Below are positions 36,931 through 49,760 of a stretch of 64,000 bases of DNA, piece after piece. The stretch lies in the NCBI RefSeq assembly GCF_963921235.1, contig NC_086118.1, forward strand, positions 14,510,001 to 14,574,000, read 5' to 3'. Position 1 is the stretch's first letter. Each line of letters starts with the position of its first letter. Under the pieces are notes generated by a model. It was given only the letters and a program-made list of their open reading frames with translations. It had not been told where the DNA came from and ran no database searches. The DNA is from Mobula hypostoma (taxonomy: Eukaryota). The translations under genes and the position numbers were made by a program.

Positions 36931-38744
36931 TTAATTCTCCATACTGCCATTAATTTGATTTATTCTGTTTAGATATTTAATAATATTTATACTGATACGA
37001 ATGCTTGAAGAATGGTTTATGATATTTAACTTTTTCTTTTACAGTTATACATCAATGGATGGTGAACTAATGGTCTGTGGAAAATGTTGACAGGTTTCCA
37101 TTAAACCTGAATACATTTATGAGGCAAATTGTTCAAATAATTTATGCTTGCAATGTTCTGGAATGCAGTTACTGTGGTTTTGCTGTGGTTGAATATTGCA
37201 GAGCATGGAATCAATATGCTGACTTCAAGTTTACATGACAGAGAGAGTGAACCAAATCCTGGCTTGTGTTAGTGTCAGTAATGTTTTTCTTAAGTTGGAC
37301 ACATCTCATCTGTGTTCTAGTGAAGGACATCAGTTGTGGGGAAGTTGAGCTGTTCTTCTCTTGATCATCCAGAATTAAACTCTCCCAGATTAGAATAGCA
37401 CGACTGAACGCTGAGTAAAGCTCACTCTGCTAAGTTCCAAGAATTTACATTGGCCTCAAAAGATTCATTCAGCTGGCAGTGCTCCTGAGTGATGGTTCCA
37501 AGTCAGAAGCAGTTGTAAAATAAATCTCTGTGCCCTCTGGCCTGAGAAGGCCCAGAGGTGCAGCCATACTAACGTTTGTATTTTGTCAACATAGATTAGT
37601 TTTGAACTGACTTGCCAGAGATAAAGGGTCACTGAAGTGGCCAGTTTCTGTTGGAAAAGTGTTTTATCAGCAGCATCTCCCAAAGTATGCAATCTGATCC
37701 TGTAAAAGTTGGAACAAGTGTTGGGATTCATTGTCCAGAAGGCAAACTTCCTGGTCAGTAGCATGAAAGACAAAAGCAGGTGAAATAACCTAGATGAATG
37801 TCAGCTGATTAGCATTCACGCCCAGGTTTTGTATTGAATGCAGAATTAATGTAGTACATAACCAACAAGATTTACATCGAGGGATCTAAAGTTTGCACCA
37901 CTGCCTAAATATCTTCTGACTTCAGATATGTGTATGATCCAGAAGGCATGAAAACAAATTATGAAGAACCATATACTTAATTCCAACCACAGACAAAATT
38001 TTATCTCCATATTGGTTTGGTGACTTGGCTTAGTCTTCAGACGGTTACTGGCAAACATGGAGGGAACCTTGTGTTCACATGTAATCAGGATTGGCAGACA
38101 TAACCCCATTCGTTTTGTTTCTGGGGTTCCAGCTTGAATTCTCACAGGAAACACATTGAAAATGAAAGAAATTTGAATTTCCATCTGGTTGTGCTGTGGT
38201 GGGGGTGAGTTATTGTTCAGAAACTTTGCACGAGGTGAACATGAAAGGAATGAGGTTTCCTCTTGCAGATAGACTGTTCCCTGACACTGCTGGTTTGAAT
38301 TAGCTTTGCTTATTGAAAACATCATGGCCATGTTTTGTGGTTACTGCCACATAGTCTGAAGCTGAAAAGTTGACCTGCAAGGATAAGTAATTCATCGTAG
38401 GCTCTTTCACAACTCTGAACTACCTTTTATTTGCACAGTTAAAATAGCAGTTATTGTAAATTAAGATCTCTAGAGTTCTACCGAGCTAAAACATATGGTT
38501 TCTGCTACGCTTACATCTCCTATTGTCAGGCAGCACTGTACTGTTGGCTGTGCTGCCACCTCAAGAAAAGCAGTGCAGACACAAGTAGTGGAGCCATTTC
38601 TATCAGCACTGTATTTGCAGAAATATACTGAATAGCCCTTTCCCTGCTGAAGATCAGCAAAAAATGGTCATAATTCTGTACATACAGTTAACCATTTTTA
38701 GGCACCAGTGCTTTTAAATTTCTACAACAATGCTCCTGGGTTTA

Positions 38745-40070
38745 AAAACAAATTTCTGGAGGAACCTGGGCAGTCGAGCAGCATCTGTGGAGGGAAATGG
38801 ATAGTTGGTGTTTCAGGCTGAGGTCCTGCACCAGAACAGAGAGTACAGAGGAAAGATATAGAGAGGCAGAAAGGAGATGTGACAGAGGCATGGGGATGAT
38901 AGGCAAATGGAATCAGAAGGGCAGAGGTTTGTTTTGAGGTAGAAGCCCATGGATAATAGAAGGAAACTGACAAAGAAAATAAATTGGCGACATGTGGGTG
39001 TGGGAAGAGGGAGGTAGAGATGTGTCACCAGATGGGCAGATGGAACACAACGTGAGGGGGAATTGTTTAGAAAAAGGCTGGTTGGTGATAGGTGCAAACA
39101 GATAAGGAAAAGAGAGGGAGTGGATGTAGGTGGACTGGTGGGAGTGGAAAAGTAACATAGGGCAGTGGTCCCCAACCTCCGGGCCGCGGACCGATACATT
39201 GCCGCGAAGAATGCAGCGGTACAGCGGTAGCCAGAACACACCCAGCACATCTTTAAGAAAAAAGCCGAAATAAACAAGCTAATTATTTAAGTGCTGCCTG
39301 GCGTGTTAATGTCAGCCAGATCAGAGGCGATTGCCAATTGCGTCGCCTCTGATCTGGGCCGACATTTACGTGCCGGGCAGCACCTAATCAATTAGCTTTT
39401 TTATTTTGGCCTTTTTCTTAAACATGTGCTGGGTGCATCCCAGCCACCGCTGCACCGCTGCATTTTTCACAGCAATGTATCGGTCCGCAGCCCGGAGGTT
39501 GGGGACCACTGGCATTAGGAGTGAGTGATCTCACTGGCATATGACATGGAATTTGTTGTTTTTGCAGCAACAGTCCATTGCAGTACATGATAATAAAAAC
39601 TGAGCATGTTGATATCATAATGAGAAGAGAACATGTCCTAGAATGATAGGGGTCCTTAATGATAGATGGCGCCTTTTTGAAACATTGCTCCTTGAAGATG
39701 TCCCAGATGCTATGGAGGCTAGTGCTCATGTTGGAGCTGACTGACTTTACAACTTCCTGCAGCTTTCTTTTTGAATCCTGTACAGTAGTGCCCTCCATAC
39801 CATTGTCAACAGAGTACAGGGGTGCTGTAAAATAATTGCCCAGTCTATGCTTGATCTTGCTGGTGTAGAGGAGGCCACATCAGGAGAACTAGATACAATA
39901 GATGAGGTTAGAAGAGATGCATGTTAATTTCTGTGTCTGTCGCATAGGCATCCAGGTGGAGGTGATACAAGTGTAGAAGTGGTGTTGCAAAGGGTTTTGT
40001 GCTTCCTATGGCTACAGGGGAAAGTGCTGGGGTGGGGGGAAGGGTGATGATGAATGATATATCAACTAGC
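38745..40070 (-). mobile_element. Old Penelope-like fragment interrupted by a MITE and a Rex-type fragment (39540-39800)
   Basis: Penelope-type end ctggaggaac..gcagcatctgtggaggg at 38755-38800; GIY-YIG-like remnant near 39850-39920. Confidence 0.5.
39163..39511. mobile_element. hAT (Charlie-like) MITE, near-complete palindrome
   Basis: Termini cagtggtccccaacctccggg / cccggaggttggggaccactg; arms pair inward to a short spacer near 39331-39342; flanks acataggg / gcattagg are at best a degenerate 8 bp TSD. Confidence 0.88.
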
Positions 40071-40164
40071 ATTCCACTCAAATGTCTGGTGAATGAGTGG
40101 GGGTTCTATCAATGACAGTATAGGGAAACCCATGTTCAGAACAGCCACTCCAACTCCTGATCAA

Positions 40165-43100
40165 AAACACAAGATTCTGCAGATGCTGAAAATCCAGAGC
40201 AACACAAAAATGCTGGAGGAACTCAGCAGATCAGGCAGCATCTATGGGAATGGACAAACAGTCAAGGTTTTGGGCCAAGACCCTTCATCAGGACTGGAAA
40301 GGAAGGGAGAGGAAGTCAGAATAAGAAGGTGGTGGGGAGCGTAGGTTAATTGGTCATTGTATATTGTCCTGTGATTAGGCTAGGATTAAAGTGGGGATTG
40401 CTGGGTGGCGAGGCTCGAAGGGCCTTTCTGCATGGTATCCAATAAATAAATAAATAGATAGATAGATAGAAACCTTGCAGTAATGCACTTGCTTGTTTTG
40501 AAGGCAGTGCGGCTCAAAGGGCTGGAAGGGCTGCCTATTCTGCGCAGTATCTCAATAGTTAATTAATGTAGGGCCAAGACCCTTCTTCAGGACTGAGAAG
40601 GAAGGGAAAAGATGCCAGAATAAAAAGGTGGGTGGACGGGAAAGAGGCTAGCTGGAAGGTGATAGGTGAAGCCAGATGGGTGGGAACGGACAAGGGCTGG
40701 AGAAGAAAGAATCTGATAGGAGAGTGAGTGGACAGTAGGAGAAAGGGAATGAGGGGATTACCCAGGGGAAGGTGATAGCCAGGTGAGAAGAAGTGAAAGG
40801 TCAGAGTGGGGAATAGCGGAAGGGGGAGGAGAATTTGTTCACTTGAAGGAGAAATTGATACTCATGCCATCAGATTGGAGTGGGTTTCTCAGATGGAATA
40901 TAAGGTGTTGCTCCTCCACCATGAAGGCGGCCTCATCTTGGCTCAAGAGGAGGCCATGGATCAATATGTCAGAATGGGAATGGGAAACAGCATTAAAATG
41001 TTTGGCCACCAGGAAGTCCCGCTTTTTGCAAATGGAGCAAAAGTGCTCAAATGTGGTCTCCCGATCTGTGTCAGGTTTCACTAATGTAGAGGAGGCAGCA
41101 TCAGGGGCATCGGATACAGCAGGTGACCCCAACAAGTTTGAGGTGAAGTGTTGCCTCAACCCCATGGACTGTTGGGGCCCTGAATGGAAGTGAGAGAGGA
41201 GGCGAATGGGCAGCTGTAGCACTTCTGCTACTTGCAAGGATAAGGGCTAGATTAATGGGGAGGGAGGAATTGTCAAAGGAATCACGGAAGGAGAGACCCC
41301 TTCGGAAAGCAGAGAGTGGGGTTGGGGGAGGTAAAGCAGTTGCAGAGTATGATGTGCTGGTTGTGGAGGCTCATGTCTGGCAGGTGAGGACAAGAGGAAG
41401 TCTATCACTAATAAGGCAGTGGGAAGATGGTGTGAGGGTGGCTGTCTGGGAAATGGCCATTTCCTTTTCTCAGTTTGTTCAAGTCTACTGCATCTGTTCC
41501 AAGGATGAGGCATTCCCTTCTAGAGCATCGGAGGTGTCTTACTTATTCAGAGAACAGGGCTTCATTTCTTCCACCATTGATGCTGCCCTATCCTCCATTT
41601 TCCAGACATCTTTACCCAAACCACTCCCCACTCTCCACTTTCCATAGGGATCGCTCCCTCCATGATTCCCATGTCCGTTCATCCCTCCCTGCTAATCTCT
41701 CTCCTTCATTAAACTTTTTATTGATTTAAAAGGAACATAAGTACAATCGAGAATTATCTCAAATATATATATCAATAACAATACAAACCGAGATTAAGAT
41801 AGACATTGTCAAAATCATACATATTGTTAAGCTAGTATAAAATATATAATAAAAAATGAAAACAGCAATTCTCCTCTTATCAGTTCATGAACAGGAAAGA
41901 AAAAAACATTGAGTTTTAAATGGAGAGAAAAAAAACACTGCACTACATATAAAAAAAGCAACAAAAAAAAGGGACTAGGCAGTCCATTTTGAGGATACGA
42001 CCAAAAAAAAAGTAAGAAAGACTTTCTGATCAAATCTAAAACTTTGAAAAAAAAAGATTGGAAGAGTAATAAATCAAATTAAATGAAAATATTGGATAAA
42101 ATGTCACCAGATTTGCTGAAATTTAAAGGATGTATCAAATGTCTGACTTCTTATTTTCTCTGAATCTAAACAGGACATAATGGAGGAGAGCCAATAAAAG
42201 ACCGTAGGTGGATTAGAATCCTTCCACTTCAATACAATGGCTCTCCTAGCCAGTAAGGTTGTAAAGGCTATCATACGTTGAGTGGAAACAGGAATATTTC
42301 CTGCTTCCGATGGGATAGTCCCAAAAATTGCTGTAAGCAAATTAGGTTGTAGATCCAGATCCAAGACTTCTGCGAACATTTTAAAAACATCTCTCCAAAA
42401 GTTATCTAGCTTTATACAAATACATATGAGTTAAAGTGGCCAGTTCAGTATTACATCTCCCTCCTGACACTTATCCTGCAAGCGGAAGAAGTGCTAAACT
42501 TGCCCATCACCTCCATTCAGGGTTCCAAGAAGGTCCTACCAGGTGAGAACATTTCACCTACGAAACCTTTGCAGTTGTCTACTGTATCCGGTGCTCTTGA
42601 TGTGGACTCCTCTACATTAGTTTGAACTGGCCTATAGTGGGAACCACTTTTTCAAGCACCTTCACTCCATCCACAAAAGCAGGATTTCTCGTTGGCCAAC
42701 CATTTTAATTCCAATTCCCATTCCGACCTGTCAGTCCATAGCCTCCTCTTCTGCCATGATAAGGCTACTCTAAGGTTGGGGGATCAACACTTCATCTTCC
42801 ATCTGGGTAGCCTCCAACCTGATGGCGTGAACATCAATGTCTCCAATGCAGTGATTTCCCCCTCCACTTCTCCCTTCTTCCATTCCCCACTCTGGCTCCT
42901 CTCCTACTTCTCTTCTCCTGCCTATCACCTCTCCTGCTGCCCCTCCTCCCATGGATGATTCTCCTCTCCTATCAGATCCCTTCTTCTCCAGCCCTTTGCT
43001 TTTTGTACCTATCACCTCCACACTTTGTCATCTCCCTTCCCCCACCACCTGGCTTCACCTATCACCTTCTCCTTCTCCTCTCCCAACCATCTTATTCTGG

Positions 43101-43212
43101 CTTCTTCCCCTTTCCTTTCCAGTTCTGATGAAGGGTCTCAACCCAAAACATTGGCCATTTATTCATTTCCATAGATGCTGAGCTCCTCCAATATTTGTGT
43201 GTGTGTTCCTCT
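40165..43212. mobile_element. Composite inverted Penelope-like insertion
   Basis: 12 bp TSD actcctgatcaa at 40153-40164 and 43213-43224. Minus copies at 40165-40340 and 40570-41460, plus copy at 41455-43212. Both long copies have GIY-YIG remnants; hammerhead remnants near 40260-40295, 40570-40595 and 43120-43157. Confidence 0.85.
41706..42454 (-). mobile_element. L1-clade 3' fragment nested in the Penelope element
   Basis: LTAIFG..RMIAFTTLLARRAIVLKWK..EKIRS is homologous to 4000-4260; near-perfect TSD atctctctcct (41695-41705) / atctccctcct (42455-42465). Confidence 0.88.
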
Positions 43213-43989
43213 ACTCCTGATCAACCTAAGCTGGTTCATTCATTCTCTCTTTCTCCCTTTCTGTTTCTCTTCTATCTGTTTCTATCTATTACCACTAACC
43301 TCGTGACATTGACAGTAATTATTAATGACCTCTCAAACTCAGGGTGGTAACTAACTTCCTCATTGTCTGTTCATCAGGGTTGTCCCATTCAGTAGAATGT
43401 GACCTGCTCTATATGCCTTTAGTGTAACCTTGTTTTGCTTCAAGGTATTTTTCTTGAGGACCCATCTTTTCCATTTTCAAGGAAGATCATTTGATATGGT
43501 ATCCATTTGGCAGTTTTTTTCTCACACTCCTTTTTCTTATCCATATGGTAGGTACGTTTCATTTCTCTAATAACAGTCACATCCAGTCAATCCATGCAGA
43601 TATATGGTTCCTCAAATTATCTGTTATCTTGCATGATATAAATGTTCTGTGATTCTTTTGTATTGATCTCTCCATTCTTATAGCCTGAATTTCTTTCTAA
43701 TTTCTATCATTCCGTTTGCTCATCTTGTTTTTCCCTTAGCACTTGAACTCGGCTTACTGTGTAGTTTGATCAAATGCAGGGCAATCTTTTTTATTTGTGC
43801 CTTGCAGAAGATGTGGATAAACACATGCTCTACTCTAGTTTTTGTACTGTCCTTCATATTTCATGTTATTCACTGTTCAGTAATATAGAATTAAGCTATT
43901 AGGTTTATTATATCTATGCTGTTACCCATGAATTGTATCAATCCCATTCCCCCCTTTATTTCCTCTCCCTATGCCCATTGAATCTCCAA

Positions 43990-44215
43990 GATCCCTCTAT
44001 CACCTATCACCCACCTACACTAGGGGTAGGTTACACTCACTAATTAACCTACCATCCTACAAGTCTTTAGTTTATCAGGAGAAGCTGGAGCAGCTGTGGG
44101 AAATGCACATGGTCACGGGGAGCAGTCGAGCTTCACACAGATAGTACTGATGGTCAGGATCACATTCAGATCACTGAAGCTGTCAGACACAGTGCTCATC
44201 ACTGCAACACTGCTA
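43990..44215 (-). mobile_element. Older V-SINE
   Basis: taattaacctacc..aagtcttt..gagaagctggagca..gggaaatgcacatggtcacgggg. Confidence 0.6.
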
Positions 44216-44559
44216 CCCATTTTTATTGTTCTGTATTGATCCTGTTCTGTTTAATAAGACTGCTCTGGAGGTCCGCGGTTCGATTATTCCTCATTTGCAT
44301 GTAGCTTCCTCTGTTCTTATAAATCTACAGCCTTTGGGACAATGAGTTATACTTTACCAATCAAAGCTTTATGCAGGTCCCAAGTAGTTTCCTCAAGTCT
44401 CATTGTTAAATGCTTGAAAGTACAGCCTGTAAATCTCATATTTCTCGCCTCAAGCTTTGGAATTCCTTTCTGCCGATCTACTGCTTATTTGACTCAAGGT
44501 GTGCGCTGAACTTTTCAATTGTCATTTTTTTTGAGTTGACCTTTTGAACTCTACACCTT

Positions 44560-46252
44560 CCAGACTTAAATGACAATCACCCAGTAGCATTGGCGCCAGT
44601 CACCATGACGTGCTTAGCATGGCTGACAATGACACTTATCAAAAACTCCTCCTGCCACATTGGACGCTCACCAATAAGCTTACTGAGAGAACTGCTCTTC
44701 AGCAGATGCCATAGCATCTGTCATGCACATGGCCCTGACACACCTAGAAAACAAGGGCACTTATGTTAGAATGTTGTTTCTGCATTTCAATTCAGCATTC
44801 AACACTAATGTCTCACAGTCCTTGGTGAACAAACTCCAACTTCTCGGTCTAAATACACCACTGTGCAACTGGATGTTGGGCTTCCTAGTGAACAAACCTG
44901 AAAGCCAGAATGCACATCTGCTCCTCCCTCCCCATCCTGCTCGACCCAGGTGCTCCTCAGGGCTGTGTGCTGAGCCCATAGCTGTACACTCTGCTCACAC
45001 ATGCCTCTACAGTCAAACACCCGAGCAATCACATTGTCATATTCGCCAATGACAAGACAGTGTTGGAGCTCATCACCAATAATAATGAGATGGCCAAAAG
45101 AGAAGAAGTAGAAGAGCCTGGTACCAGGGAAATACTCTCTTCCTCAATTTCAACAAGACAAAGGAGATGGTTATCAATTTCAGTAGAACTCACACCACTC
45201 ATAACCCCCTTTACATGGACAGAACAGCAATGGAAACTGCGGGTAGTTTCAAACTCCCATGTCTCCCATCCACTACATAATGTACTGGTTGGGCACAGGA
45301 GTACATTCAGCCAGAGACTCATTCCACTGAGATGCAACACAGAGCATCATAGGAAGTCATTCCTGCCTGTGGCCATCAAACTTTACAACTCCTCCCTTGG
45401 AGGGTGAGACACCCTGAGCCAATAGGCTGTTCCTGGACTTATTTCCTGTCATAATTTACATATTACTATTTAACTATTTATGGTTTTATTACTATTTAAT
45501 TATTTATGGTGCAACTGTAACAAAAACCAATTTCCCCCGGGATCAATAAAGTATGACTATGACTATGACTAAACTCCTGGGAGTGCACATAACGTACAAC
45601 CTCTCAAGGTCCCAGAACACATCCTACACGGTCAAGAAAGCTCACCAATGTGTACTTTCTGAGGAAGCTGAAGAGAGCTGGATTTTGCATATCTATACTC
45701 ACTTGATTCTACAGATGCGCAGCAGAGCATCCTAACAAGCTACATTACTGGTGGTATGGAAACTGCATACTTTACGATGGGCAGTCAAAACTGCCCACAA
45801 CTTCACTGGCACCAGCATACCCACCATCATCATATACAAAAAGGTGCCGGAACAGGGCAGTAACATCATGAAGAATCCCACACACCCTGCTCATGGACTG
45901 TTTATCCCTCTCCCACTAATGAGGAGGTTATGTAGCATCCACGCAAGGACCACCAGACTCAAAAAGTAGTACTTTCCCCAAGTAGTAAAGCTGATCAACA
46001 CCTCTACCCTCTAACTCTACCCCTACTTTATTATTTCCTGTCAGTCATCTTCTGTCCAGCCAAGCATCACTTTATGGACATACAATCAACCTATGTACAT
46101 AAGCTATCTCATATACTCATTCTGTGCTTTTAAAATTATTTCTGTATTCTTTATCTTCCTTTGCTTTTTGGTGCTGCATCAGATCCAGAATAACAATTAC
46201 TTTGTTCTCATTACACTTGTGTCCAGGAAATGACATTAAACAATCTTGAATC
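44560..46252 (+). mobile_element. Rex/Babar-type LINE, RT and 3' end, degenerate
   Basis: [25 protein letters not shown], 3' end gacattaaacaatcttgaatctt. Confidence 0.88.
45258..45570 (+). mobile_element. Younger Rex-type 3' fragment nested in an older Rex element
   Basis: TSD aaactcc at 45251-45257 and 45571-45577; (ATGACT)n tail; highly similar to the reverse complement of about 30087-30385. Confidence 0.9.
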
Positions 46253-46877
46253 TTTTAAGTTGCCTTCAATTTGCTGAGCAGATCTGATCTTTTCTCTCAT
46301 TTACATGAAGAGACCTTCTCTTACGTTGTGCTTTTCAGGAAATAACTGAATATAATTTATATTGTTGCTTGAGTTTTATGACAATTTCTACAATGTCAAA
46401 TGAGGGTTGAAACACTGCAGGGATCCATTTTTGCACACAGGGCAATCAAGTCACACTAGCATTGTGTTCCAGTTCACTACTTGTTAGTTAAACTTCCAGT
46501 TTAAGGTCTGTGGCTCAATGTGCAGTTTATTCTTCTGTTGCTGTGTGACGTGTTTACTAAATAATGCAATGGATTCTCTTTATACAGAAAACAGTGTATC
46601 AGTGAGTAATGCAGTGCAGATATAAAAAATACGTTACAGTGGTCCAGATCCAGATAAACCTAATACAGAGCTCCATTTATGCTGAAAGTATTTAAAATGG
46701 TAAAGTTAATGGACTAGGTATTGAAGGCTTAAGCGAGCAGAAATATTTATCTCATCCTGGGAATTGGGAATATAAATGTTAATAATTGAATAAATTTTGA
46801 AATAAATAAGCTTATTAATAACACTGATCATGGGAACCAGGCTATTACTAATATCGTGCCTGACTAAGCTGGTTGAT

Positions 46878-47165
46878 TTTATTTGTTTATTTGTTGAGAT
46901 ACAGCAGGGAATAGGCCCTTTGAGCCCTTCGAGCCACGCCATTCCAGTAAATCCATCGATTTAATCCCAACCTAATCAAAGGACAATTCATAATGACCTA
47001 TTAACCACCAACTGCTATGTCTTTAAACTGTGGGAGGAAACCAGAACACCCAGAGGAAACCCATGCTGTCACGGGGAGAACATACTTACAGGCAGTGGTG
47101 AGAATTGAACCTGGGTCACCTGTACTGTGAAACATTGTGCTAACCACGACACTACTGTGCCAGCC
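46878..47165 (-). mobile_element. V-SINE (HE1-like)
   Basis: Reverse copy with head, V-domain and (TAAA)n-like tail. Confidence 0.82.
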
Positions 47166-48039
47166 ATTAGCCTTCGACGTGTGACTGAGGAGAATCAGCC
47201 ATGTCAACCACCCATGAGCAAATTATGAAATAATTTCTTTTCCATCTCTCTGGCCAATTGAAAGTTTAGCAATTTCAGTAGTTTTACAAAAAAAGAAAAT
47301 TGCTCTCAAAGGAAGTAAATAAGACTCAATTAAAAAAAAAATCCCACTCCATCCATTTGAATTGTTCTCTTGAGTTGCTTGGAGCAGTGTTTCAGATTAA
47401 TCTGTAATTCCTGCTCACATTGAGACAGTCCTGGATGGATGGTGACATTAAATGGAGTTGTGATGCAGAGTCTGGGCTGGTAAGGGTGGTAATATTGGTG
47501 TGGAATGGAAAGAGGGGATCATTGTTGCTTTTTAATACTTCTCGGTGGAGTGGGGATTTCTTTCATATAAAGGTACTGGCAATATGACAACGGTCTTTTG
47601 TTGAAATGATCAGATTCTCCAGGGAATAGGTTCTGCAGCTACTCTGTCAGCCTTAAGCCACTGCTGAATTTCAACCCTGCAAGTTTACTGTTGACCACTG
47701 TTTTTCACCCACAATACAAACTCTCTAGGACTAGTTATCAGTTAGACTGTTGCAATCAAAGAGATCAGAAGCAGTATTTATTTAAAATTGAGTGTTTGAA
47801 GATGTAATTGGAGTGGATTGGGGGAACTTGAAGCTGCACTCACCCTGTGCTGTGTCTCACTTCGGATTAATTGAAGTGGCCACACAGCGATAATTCATAG
47901 ACAGAGCTGTTTATCCCAAAAGAGTTCCTGTTCAACTCCTTCCTTACCCTGAATCATCACGATATAACAGAATCCCTATGATGGTTACTTTTTTCTTGAA
48001 GAATCTCTTTAAAAGATAAAATGAAGAATTGTATTTTTA

Positions 48040-49760
48040 TTGTTCTCTTGATTTGGAGCTGGGTGGCATTGGCAGGATCAAGCAGTTATTGCCCATCCTA
48101 ATGGCTGTTGAGAAGGTGATGATGAGCCTACAGTGTTGTTACGGAAAGAATTTAAGATTTTAGTTTCAGCAGTGTTAAAGGATTGGTAACATACTTGTAA
48201 GTCAAGATGATGTACAACTTGGACATCCAAGATGCTTTGTCCTCAGTGGTACAAATCGATATTTGGGAGTTTCTGTCAGAATAACAGCAACAGACTACTG
48301 TAGTACACTTTATAGATGATACAAATAGCAGAGGCTACACCAGCATTACAAGGTATCAGTATTCATGGTTGTAGGTGTGATACCCATCAAGAGTAATGCA
48401 CAGACCTGGATGCTGTTGAACTTTTGAGTGTCATTAGAATTTCACTTCTTCAGATAAATGGGGAGTATCTCATACAATGCTGATCTGTATGTTGTAGATC
48501 ATGCACAAGACTTGAGACATAAGAGATGAGTTCTTTGCTAGAGTATACTCAATCTCTGACTTACTGTTTCAGCTGTGTTTTTCTGTGGTTGGTCAATGAA
48601 GATACATACATGGTAGCTGAGATTCTGTCAGTGATGATCCCTAGAAAGTTGATAGATGAAAGATCAGTTGAAGATGTTTGTGTATAGAACACTGCCCTGA
48701 GGTACTCTTGCAATCATGTCCTTGATCTTGGATTACTAACCTCAGCTATTACAACCATCTGTGTTTCAGCAAGATATCAATCCAACCTCTGCACGGTTTC
48801 TACTTTATGCCCATTAGCTCCAGTTTCTGTAGAGCTCTTTGCTCTCACATGATCAAATACTCTCACCTCATTTTTAAGTTGAACTCTCTGGTCCTTTTGG
48901 CACTAAAGCTATAATCAAGTGAAATTCAAACTGGGAATCAGTGAGCAGGTTATCAGTAAATTCTGTTTGATTCACTGTTGACAATGGCTTCTGTGACTTT
49001 GCTATGGTGAGAGTATACTGATCAGTAACCAGCCAGCATGAACTTTCCTTTAGTGAACAAGATACACCTGGGCAATTTCTCATTATCGACCAGATGCTAG
49101 TGTAGTAATATACTGAAGCAACTTGGTAGGAAGCACAACTAGGTGCAGGTCTTTTCCCTAACAGCAAGGCATTCACTGACTGCAGGGGCTTTGGTCTATC
49201 TAGTGCTCTCAGCAGTTTCTCGATATAACCAGCAGGGGATTAGCTTCTGGGATGGTGGAAATCTCATCTACTTGCCATTTTTTGCTGAACATAGCAGCAA
49301 ATGCTTTAGCCTTTTCTTTAGTGCTCTCGTGCTGGGCCCTCTGAATTAGAAGATGGGGACATTCATGACCATTTTACTGATGTGATGAAATGATCGATAT
49401 TGATAGCATGCCAGACAAAATTTACCAACACAGTACCTCCTCCTATTTGCTGTTTAAATGTTCACCATTATTCTTGATCAGACATGACAGGACTGTTGTG
49501 TTGGTGTGAGATCACCTATATCTCATAATTTCTCCTTGATTTGCTATTTAGCATGCATGTGGTCCTATTCATTTGAATGGAACCTTATCACTTTTAAGCA
49601 TGTCTCGTGCTGTTTTTGACAAGTCCTGCCCCATTCTTCATTGAATCATAAGGCTTGATGAGAGAGTGAGGAATATGCCTGGCCATGAGGTCACAGATTG
49701 TGACCGTGTACATTCCATCTGCTTCTAATGGTCCAGAGTGCCTCATGGATGCCAGTTTTA
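48040..49760 (-). mobile_element. Very old LINE remnant, clade uncertain
   Basis: Minus strand gagtacctcagggcagtgttc (VPQGSV) near 48690-48710 and other decayed RT-like stretches. Confidence 0.45.
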
